A stretch of DNA of 62,597 nt, the filler included, from Kipferlia bialata (lineage: Eukaryota): the NCBI GenBank assembly GCA_003568945.1. It is 6 parts of 6 records of this genome, joined end to end, with 100 filler letters (N's around TTAATTAATTAA, not from the genome) between each part and the next. Parts side by side here need not be neighbours in the genome. Positions count along the whole stretch, not along the records: positions 46,259 to 60,430 come from BDIP01000851.1; positions 60,531 to 62,597 come from BDIP01000913.1; 4 more parts are not named here. One strand, written 5' to 3'. Positions within the stretch are counted from its first letter, which is position 1; every line of letters starts with the position of its first letter. This document shows positions 53,383 through 62,597 of this stretch, one piece after another. The notes below the pieces were generated by a model, which did not search any database, was not told the DNA's origin, and was given only the letters and a program-made list of their open reading frames with translations. The translations under genes were made by a program, and so were the position numbers.

Positions 53383-53507
53383 GTATATATTTATACACTA
53401 ATACCAGAACTGTCATTGCCATCCACCCCCTGAGGGAGCAGAGGGCACTGTGCACACAGTATGTGGGGGATGCCCTGGCATTTGTGGGAGGGTCAAAGGC
53501 CCAGTAG
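46365..53507 (+). CDS. TAF5: WD40-repeat protein, TAF5-like (Q/P-rich N-terminus, helical N-terminal domain, WD40 propeller), 5'-partial
   Basis: WD repeats CLVGHSKATTSLAMTGGMM|VSGSLDASVRLW and VSVYRGHSGPVCSVAVGPGAGPFLSGGIDYTL|RLWYPNCATPIRLY (compare TAF5 'vvYkGH..PVw.v.fsP.g.yF.t.s.D.TaRLWs.....plRif'), plus ITALASSPDGMVLFAGTRSGQ|VHMLDL. Upstream are a LisH-like MECLTYMANMG and an NTD2-like DVRAQLIDTMFGACVYFY. Stop TAG at 53505-53507. The WD40 call is firm; TAF5 is an inference. Confidence 0.6.
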
Positions 53508-53711
53508 ACACGGCCTCAAATAGACACTTGCACAGGCTCATTTAGTATCAGTGAAGTGCTTCCATTACTATATATGTACATTCATTGAATGCTGGGGTGG
53601 TGGTTGAACGCTGGTCCCACCCCAAAGCATTGAGTTGTGAAAGTCGGTCGAAAAGGGTGCAGTGAACTCAAAAAACCACGTATCGTCCTTTCTTCGGGCA
53701 ATATCGACAGT

Positions 53712-54292
53712 ATGGCCACAGCTGGAGGTTCTGGCACTTCTATTCTGACTGACGTCACCTTCGAGTCATTTGGGCTTGTCAAGAACGTTCTCACTGCTCT
53801 GCAGGAGAATGACTTCAAGTTCTGCACTGGGATCCAGGCTAAGGCCGTCCCCCCCCTTCTGAAGGGCCAGGATGTGCTCGGAGCAGCCAAGACTGGGTCC
53901 GGAAAGACCCTGGCATTCCTCCTCCCCGCCATTCAGGGCATGGTTGCCCGTCACATCAAGCACAAGGATGGAGCCAATGTGCTGATCATATCTCCCACCC
54001 GTGAGCTGGCCATCCAGACATACGACGTGGCCAAGCTGCTCATGAAGAACGTTGAGGTACGGTGCTTGCGGTATTGGTGGGTTGTGGTTGGCGTAGTGTA
54101 GTGTGGTAGCTGTCCTATGTGTGTGTATAGAAGCCTCTCCTTTGCCTCAATCTCCCTCTCACCCGTCAGCAGACCCTCGGCCTGGTGATCGGAGGAGGCA
54201 ACCGCTCCAACGAGGCAGCCAAGCTGACCACTGGATGCAACCTGGTGGTTGCCACCCCAGGACGTCTGCTGGACCACATCAGGAACACTAAG
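53712..54292 (+). CDS. HAS1: DEAD-box RNA helicase HAS1/DDX18, first two exons only (53712-54056, 54170-54292)
   Basis: Q-motif [39 protein letters not shown], motif Ia [10 protein letters not shown], and [36 protein letters not shown], typical of HAS1. No exon with the DEAD motif follows. Confidence 0.9.
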
Positions 54293-54476
54293 GTAATTCA
54301 TATATATGTCTCTCTGTGGGAGGAGGGGGAGGGGGGGGGGGGGGGGAAACCTATATATATAAACAGGGCAACATCACAAATGATATGTTTGTGAGTGTAT
54401 GGGGGTACTCCATATTGCTCGAGAGAGAAATGGAGAGAGAAATAGAGAGAGAAGAGAGAGAGAGGGGGTTACTCAC

Positions 54477-54603
54477 CAGGTGCCTCTAGGCGTGACAGCA
54501 AAGTGGCAGTGTCTGTGTTGAAGTCAAACTGTGCTGCTTCACCTGCAAGGACACTCACGCCAAGGCAACCCACCACCAGAACCAGACAAAGAAGATGTAG
54601 CAT
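54477..54603 (-). CDS. First coding exon of a putative secreted protein (signal peptide); remainder absent
   Basis: MLHLLCLVLVVGCLGVSVLAGEAAQFDFNTDTATLLSRLEAP followed by a GTGAGT donor at 54476. Confidence 0.55.
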
Positions 54604-55158
54604 CCTAGGGAACCGTAAGAGAGAGAGAGAGGGGGGGGGAGGCAGCTAGATGATACTGCAAAGAGAGATGCGTCGATTCTGCACCGATGTGAGCACTTAG
54701 AATGATGGAATCAAACGGTGTCAAAGTGAATCTAGAATTATTAGGACTCTCTTCTCAATCTTCCACCACTCTCTTCTCAATCTTCCACCACATGCCCAAG
54801 GAGGTAGAGTACACAATATGACCCTGTAAGAGCACCATATCCAAGTAAATGATGTACGTGCGGTAGTCTTACGAAACTTGTGCTTAATTCTTCATAAGGG
54901 TGCAGTGTTTTTGGAGTCAATACCGGTAAAATGAATGGATCGGCATAATTTGTCTAATCTGCCCAGTAGACTATGCCCATGCCACGCACTCGAATACCAC
55001 TAGTAGCAGTTACTAAAAGCACTATTCAATTGAGAGTGAATATCAGACCCCTCAATGTGTCTATTCTGCCTCGTAAATTATGCCCATGCCCTCAAACACT
55101 ACGCATTCAATTGAGACAGTGTTTTATAGGCATCTCAATATACACTAACTAATCTGCC

Positions 55159-56569
55159 TCATAGACTATGCCCATGCCCTGCAGGACGAGGGGCTGCCAC
55201 TCGGGCACATCAACAGGTCCTGCGCCTTGTGGTGAGAACTCTTACATAAAACACTGATCTATACCAGTATACAAGAGTTAATCCAAAATCCAAGAAGAAT
55301 GGTACTGACATAGAACATATAATATACGACAGTATATATATGTCTATTCGTACCTTCAGAGGCACTTGGCTCCTGCATCCCAATGTTGCTACCCTCATAG
55401 CCACTATACAATATATAGAGTAGTATCTATCTTCACTACATTCAATGATAATGCACAACACTCTTACCTTCAGAGGTTGGTTCCTGCATCTCGATGTTGC
55501 CATCCTCATAGCGCAGATATACTTTAGTATATAACATATACATATTGTATATACACTTAATCACCTTGAGATGTGCTTGGCTCTTGCATCTCAATGTTGC
55601 CATCCTCATAGCGCAGATGGATACTGGTCAGGGAGCACGCAACATCTTCACTGCGGTAAGAAACAAAGATGGGTATATGAGAGTAGGAGAATATGGCAAT
55701 ATGTCGTGGAATGTTAGAAACAAAGATGGGTATATATGAGACAACTACAGTAATCCAAACGAACATGTGCAAAGGTACTATGTGGAATAACCTAAGAAGA
55801 GAAACAATCACAATCATATACCTCACAAGTGCTGCGTCCCACAGATAGTCTCTCCTGTCGGCATCTGAGACAGTGCCAATCTGGTGGGCTGGGGGTAAGG
55901 ATACACATGAAAGGTATATATATGCTATAATCGCCATCTGCACAAATATTATTGCCACTGTGAGTAGCCTCTTAAGTTGTATTTGGGAATTCCGAATACC
56001 TTTACTAGTGGCTGCCAGCACCACTCTGGGCTGCTCTGTCAGTAACACACCTATGTATCTATATCTATACCAATTTCTTACTAAATGTATTCAAAAACTG
56101 CTATATTCCTACCTTTACTAGTGGCTGCCAGCACCACTCTGGGCTGCTCAGTCAGGAATCCAAACAGGAGTGTCCCCATGTCCTTACTCTGCAACGTAGC
56201 GGTATTAAGGACAGTGCCCTAAGAGTTAGATACATTGATAGAAGGGAACCAGAATGTAATACAGGAGTGTCCCCATGTCCTTACTCTGCAGGGTGGCAGT
56301 GTTGAGGGCAGTGCCCTAGGTGTAAAAGCAACCAATATAGTAAACTAGCATACAGTGCATGAAATAGTACGTTTAAGGGTGAGATTGCCATTCTCTGTCT
56401 GAGAGGAATAATGCAATACCTGCTTATATCTTTCACATTTATATGATACCTGCTTCCAGTCAAACACACACACTGTGCCATCGACTGAGAGACTGGCCAC
56501 CAGAGACCCATCCGCATTGAAGGTCTGGGCAATGACTGAGGGTAAGATATATACATGTATATATATATG

Positions 56570-56609
<40 letters not shown>

Positions 56610-56971
56610 AACTGGCCACCAGAGACCCATCGTCATTGAAGGTTTGGGTTATGACTGAGGGTAAGATACTTACATATATATGTGTACATGTAAAGAGAGA
56701 GAGAGAGCGAGAGCGAGAGAGAGACTGGCCATCTACATTGAAGGGCTGGGCAATGACTGTATATGAAAGGCGCTGAATACAAATAGAGAGAGAGACAAGG
56801 AGAGCAAGGAAGAGAGAAACTGACAACCAGGGACCCATCTGCGTCGAAAAGAGAGAGATAGAGAGGTAAGAGAATAGATCTATATATATCTATAGGTAAA
56901 TATACCTGGTGCATACTGTCTTGCACAGTCTCGCTCCAGCAGTGCACCAAGTCCCCCATATATCTATCTAT

Positions 56972-57009
<38 letters not shown>

Positions 57010-60000
57010 TAACTGTACATACCCGGAGCGTAGTGTCTAGCTGATTCTGGTTCAAGCAGTGCCTCCAGTCCCCCATCAATGTGGACAATGTGCACATGGC
57101 CATCGGTCAGGGTAGCAGCTATGTCTCCTAGGCATTAGTCTGTATACACAGTGTACTGTATATATTATGTATGTACATATACAATGTGCACAATGTGCAC
57201 ATGGCCATCGGATAGGGTGGCTGCAATGTCGCCTGAATATCAGTATATATATATAGTATGTGTAAATATAGAAAATATATATGAAGGAAATAGAGTACAA
57301 ATATCGAAGTATTAATATATCTAGTATCAGTACCTGTCCTTGATATGGACACCCCTGTCACACCCTGTGCAATCATTACAGTATATAAATGAAATATACA
57401 TATCTATATAAACAATATGGGGAAAGTATTTCTCTAGGAACATACTCATTTGCAGTATGTACCTGTCCTTGCTATGGACACCCCAATCACTCCCTGTGGC
57501 AGCCTATCAGTACAATATGTATATATATAATGAGTTAAAGTACTCTGTTAGTACATACTTATCTATACTATGTACCTGTCCTTGCTATGGACACCCCCCT
57601 CACACCCTGTGGCAGTCTGTCTGTACAATAGAGACACCGGCCAGACTGGACAGACCAGACTCTAAAGTGAGAACCAAAAGTATACACCAGTATATTATAG
57701 TGTATACTACAGTATATTATAACACAAAACAGATAGAGTCACCGGCAAGACTGCACAGGCCAGACCCTAGGTGTGAATAGCAACTTGAAATGAATTATTT
57801 ATTCTAAATACAACATGTAACAGTACCCACATGACATACAGTCTCATATATGTACATATGTATATACAGAAATACCTCACTGTTCCGTCCTCAGACCCAG
57901 TGACCGCAAACTGTGTCTTAGTCTGGTCAGATACGTCAAACTCTGTTGATGTGTAGCACGTGACCTTGTCACCATGTCCAACAAGCTGGACTGACCGTGA
58001 CATGTTGTGCTGCAAGGCAGGGGCAATCACAACCACGGACTCGGCTGGGGTCAGTGCATCCAATTTATATATACGTAACTCATCCAACTTTGCATAGTAA
58101 AATGGTACATGAATATGAATGGTTATGTATATACCCACCGGAGTGCTCTGTGTAAGCTGTCAGTGCCTCAGTGGAATATGTAAACAATACATGAACATAA
58201 TGTATATGTACATGAATACTATACTTATACTATACTTATGTAAGTATGTACCTGAGTGCTCTGTGTATGCTGTCAGTGCCCCATTGTTAGAATGGGTCAA
58301 AGTATATTCATATATATATATATATATAGGTATAACTAATGATTATAAGTATACCTGAGTGCTCTGTGTATGTTATGAGTGCCCCATTAACAGAGGGTGT
58401 CATGCCAAGGGGGTTGTAGTGGGCAGGGATATCTCTAGGTGTGAGAATTAGACAAAAATGCATAAATGAATAGTATAAACGATATATATTGTTGGTCTAT
58501 CTAGTATGAATAGTGAATCTACCTGACTTTGAATACCGGCTCTGTACTCTCGGGTAGCACAGCACAGAGACCAGTGTTCTGGCCATACCCATATAGGGTG
58601 GATACACCAGTGGCATCTGCATCTACTGGTGACCCTGCACAGTAACAGAGCCAGGAGAATCCCCTGAGGTGAGTACTATAAGTACATACGATACGTATAC
58701 AACATACATGCAATAACACGGGTGACTTGTCACAGAACCAGAGCCATAAGAATACTCTGAGTATAGCAATGACAATATCATATATCATTGATATATCAGC
58801 CAAACCTCAAGGATGCTAGTGGCTTTGAAAACATACTGTATAAACACTATACATATACTGTACATATTCTGTTAATACTAAAGCTATACTCAAGATCTGA
58901 CCTGTGGTAGTGCGTGACTATGGGTGTCCCCACTGGTCTGAAGCCATCGAGAGTGACAGTGTGTAGGGTAACAAGGCCATCCAGGTAGGACATGCGATTA
59001 CTGGAGGTTAGAAGGCTAGAGTGAACTAATGGAAGTAATTTACTTGGTCATATATTGAGTGACAGTGTGTAGGGTGAATAGACCACCGAGGTAGTCCTTT
59101 CTGTTGCTAGATGGTTAGAACGCAACACTTATAGTTCCATATATGGAATGACAGGGAGAGAATCGACTGTTTAGTACCTGCTTGTGTCTGTTGCCACACA
59201 TGTCAGTCTCTGCTTGGGGGCAAAGGTGGCCAGGGCATGGCCAGAACCTATGTTGTTAGCAAATATAGATGTGGTTTCCCACATGAGATAAACACTACGG
59301 TTATGGTATGGCAGACAGTTGTACCCACCTGTGAACATCCTAACCCTCCTTCCGTCACACACAACAACCCCTCCCTCCACTGTGTTGGTGACCCAGGAGA
59401 CAGTGCCATTCATGCTCTGATGGTGAGTGATATGTATATATACATATCAATACTGGATGAGTACTTATAGCTCTATCAATATCAGCAACTGTGTTGGTGA
59501 CCCAGGAGACAGTGCCGTTCATGCTCTCAGAGGTCAGTAGAAGCATAGTTCATAGATCACGTACATATAGATAGACATATACTTATAAGTAAACGTGTAA
59601 GCGACCAAGGAGACAGTGCCATTCATGCTCTGATGGGTAAGTAGAAGAATAGCGAAAAGACTTCATCAGAGAAATTGGAGAGTGTTGTGATGACATACTA
59701 GACCCTTACCGAGTATGAATATCTGCTAGGAAGAGTATAGTATACATATACACAGTAACATCATGTACCATTTGCGTTGGTCTCAAGTGCCTGTATCCAC
59801 ACTCATTGTCTGACACAGGTGTGTCTCTGTCATCCCTCTTCCACACATGGCACATCCCACTGTCATGCCCTGTCACCAACAGAGTATCAGTACTAGACCT
59901 CGAGACAGTGGCCATGTCCAGCATGTCCTGATAATCAGTGAAAGAATATATGAATGCATAGAGAGAGAGAAAGAATAATTGAAGGCAGTAGTGAATTATG

Positions 60001-60410
60001 AGTGTTGAGGGAGGTAAAGAGAGATGGAGATGGTATCTTGAGTCCAAAGTACTAACCTTAAATGACGTCTGGTAGTACTTTCCCGTGATGCAGTTATACT
60101 ATTAGGTTGTAGAAAGAAAGAGAGAGGTATATATAGAGGGATGGGGGAGATGGTAATTGCAGTGTCACCAACACATACTGCACCTTGTATGTTGTCTGGT
60201 AGTGCTTCCCCTTGCTCTTCCTCTTCTTGGCAACAGACACACCTGTGTGTTAAGGGTGTAGATAGAGACACTCACACAAGGTGAGAGAGAGAATCTTACA
60301 CTCATAGACAAGGAGATGGTGATGGCAAGTATTTGGATATGGAGATACTCACCATCTGACACCCCCCTCTGATACACTGCACATGTCACGGGACCATCTG
60401 ATGCTGCTGT
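55159..60410 (-). CDS. WD40-repeat protein, multi-exon, 5'-partial
   Basis: LLVTGHDSGMCHVWK, VQLVGHGDKVTC...FAVTGSEDGTV|RVWSVQSGRCL and TFNADGSLVASLSRWHSVCVFDWKQ. Last exon ends PAGHGHSL-TGA. Confidence 0.75.
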
Positions 60411-60636
60411 ATACAGTATATATATATAGTNNNNNNNNNNNNNNNNNNNNNNNNNNNNNNNNNNNNNNNNNNNNTTAATTAATTAANNNNNNNNNNNNNN
60501 NNNNNNNNNNNNNNNNNNNNNNNNNNNNNNCTTGTAAGGTATGGTCCCCCCCCCCCCCCCATACCCCCCCCCCCCCCCCCTCTCTCTCTCCTGTGCATGT
60601 GTGTGTATGTGTGTTCATATTAGCCTCACCCCTCAG

Positions 60637-61456
60637 GGCTGTGGGTGCAGGCACTGTGGCCGGTCTGACAGGGGCACAAGCATGTGAGTCATTTCTTCAC
60701 AGTTTCATACCCTTCTGACCCCCCCCCCCTCCTCCCTTCTCTCTGACCCCAGTTGGCAACCAGATTCTGTCTGGGGTGTCTGCCTCTCTGGGCCAGCTGT
60801 CCATCCTCAGGGAGATCCCCCATAGGTACACACACTCCATGACACTGCCACCCTCTTGTCCTCTCACTCACACTCACACACCAGGTTTGGGATAGGCATC
60901 AAGCAGATGTCCACGGGGGAGGTGGGTAATTCATGGGTTCATGGTGGTCCAGCCGCATATATTACGTACCATAGTGCACTATCCTCCATCACTTTCTTCA
61001 TATCCTTCCCCTATTTATCTGTCAATACCTCTGACCCAGGCCGAGTCTGTACTAGGTCTGTTGGATGGCCTGGACACAGTGGTGCGGGAGGGGGAGGAGG
61101 GGAGTGAGGCACAGGAGCCAGAGTTTACATACACTCCGCAGGACCTGTCCTCTAGGTAGGGGGGGACTCATATAGTGCATCACTCATGTCTGTGTGAGTT
61201 ATGTATATATATATATGTATATATATACATTGCTTTGAGAGATGGTTCCTTGTATGTGTACCCACACCAGGTTCCAGCACCTCTTTGATGCCAATGACCC
61301 GGCAAATGGGGGAAGCCTCTATCTGCAGGTATATATATATACATATGTGTATATGACTGTGGGTCGATGATACGGAGTATATTGGCATATATGTGTGGTG
61401 AAGTCTCACCCCAGGCCAAGATATACGAGGCATACAATATCCTGGAGAGGTCTTAG
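60637..61456 (+). CDS. PAM16: Presequence translocase-associated motor subunit Pam16/Tim16, 5'-partial, multi-exon
   Basis: KQMSTGE|AESVLGL...TPQDLSS|RFQHLFDANDPANGGSLYLQ|AKIYEAYNILERS-TAG matches the Pam16 J-like domain consensus (mtldEA..ILn...Ry.hLF..ND...GGSfYLQsKv..A...l). Confidence 0.85.
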
Positions 61457-61801
61457 AGGGTCTCAATTCAAATAGAGTAGTCGTCACTGGGATAGTTGTA
61501 CTGAACCTGATGTTCAGCAACTAACTGAACACATTGATACTACCGGTGTGATTTGCCAGAATGACATTGAGGTTGTTTGACCTCCCCTTCATTACCTGCT
61601 CTGCAGATATATATATATGGTCACCATATATATATCAACATACACTTACAGGTGACAAGTACAGCTGGTAACCGTGTAGCTGGTAGGCAAAGCTAACCCC
61701 TTGCTTTTTGCCGGTCAGAATTTGTGTGGTCTGGCTGGCTTCTCTTTGCTATTTACAGCTAGAAGAAGAGTTCGTAGATCACCTGTCCCCCCGTTCCACA
61801 C

Positions 61802-62487
61802 ATGCTCAGTAATCTCCCCGACCCGATGCTACCCGGCATCTTCCTCTGTGCCCTCGACCTGTCCCATCCCCGACAGCCAACCCCTGACACCCACCCCGAC
61901 ATCAAGCCTGATGTCAAGCTGAGGGGGGTGCATCCCTGGCTGCGACGCTTTGTGCTGGAGCGTGCGGTGGTTGCCGCCGTCTCCTGCTGCGAGGTCCCTT
62001 CACTAGCAGGTACTGCTAACTCTAGTGACACACAGACACTTCACTCTTTCACTCTTCCCGCCCCTTAACCCCAGTCGACTCCTCCATAGTCCGTGGCACC
62101 TTTGAATCTTCCTGCAAACAACCGAGATGCCTCAGACGTGACCAACAAGAACGGGTCCAGGCCTCGGAACACTAGGCGGAGGGTTAGGACCCATACTAGG
62201 TGCCGCAGGGCACCCGGCTCATCTCCTGCACAGGATAGGCCCAGCCACATGCACAAGGAGGTGGTGGCATCTACCAGTGTGCATGTGTCTGGCCTCTTCG
62301 TTGGTACCAGGTACCATATTAATAGTGGTTGTTGTGTACTCTTTCCTCTTGTCTGTGTATATTGACTTCTTCTTGTGTTCTTACCCCCAGCTGCCACGGC
62401 GTTGCTGTCAACAGCATGACGGGGTCTGACTGCGTGACCCACTCCAGACACAGCTACCAGGGCAGGGAGGCATCCTCACACTCAGAG
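61802..62487 (+). CDS. Hypothetical multi-exon protein, 3'-partial; frame across exon 2 unresolved
   Basis: GC-rich exon MLSNLPDPMLPGIFLCALDLSHP...VSCCEVPSLA with a GTACTG donor. Acceptors CTTAACCCCAG (about 62074) and CTTACCCCCAG (about 62390) follow. Confidence 0.4.
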
Positions 62488-62597
62488 GTATGTATATATA
62501 TACATATACATGCCCAAATGTACTGTCATTGTCACTGTGTACATCCCTGGACCCCCCCCCCCCCCCCCCCCCCCCCCCTCCCCCCACAATACTATAT

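Noticed and set aside
54746..54792. 22-bp direct repeat ACTCTCTTCTCAATCTTCCACC x2
   Set aside because: A simple local duplication in intergenic DNA with no further structure.
1..62597. Autonomous transposon or viral genes
   Set aside because: I recognised no reverse transcriptase, transposase, integrase or capsid motifs in the ORF track or in the exons I spliced.

Overview
This is intron-rich eukaryotic nuclear DNA, not prokaryotic. It is six contig pieces joined by artificial N44-TTAATTAATTAA-N44 linkers (14208-14307, 28505-28604, 37332-37431, 46159-46258, 60431-60530). One 8,727-bp contig is present twice (28605-37331 = 37432-46158). Introns are GT-AG with the branch point fused to the acceptor (CTNAC-N2-5-YAG) and are full of (TA)n/(CT)n microsatellites. 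Together with expanded kelch-like genes, this suggests a metamonad/fornicate protist such as Kipferlia (inference). Genes recognised by manual splicing: a divergent ATG9-like gene, a membrane-anchored Mn-type superoxide dismutase, an MFS transporter, a TAF5-like WD40 gene, the 5' part of HAS1/DDX18, a second WD40 gene, PAM16, three kelch-like genes (one probably a pseudogene), an ARM-like gene and several hypotheticals, including a head-to-head paralogue pair. The most striking unexplained structure is a window-wide pattern of 'exon echoes': many introns carry 1-5 copies of a splice site plus 15-45 nt of the neighbouring exon, separated by microsatellite, and the echoes continue past stop codons. 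Other items of note are tRNA 3'-half fragments inside ATG9 introns, a CCGATTCT motif or palindrome upstream of several start codons, and a HAS1 gene that stops at a donor site facing another truncated gene. Gene boundaries are hand-derived and approximate; no database search was run.
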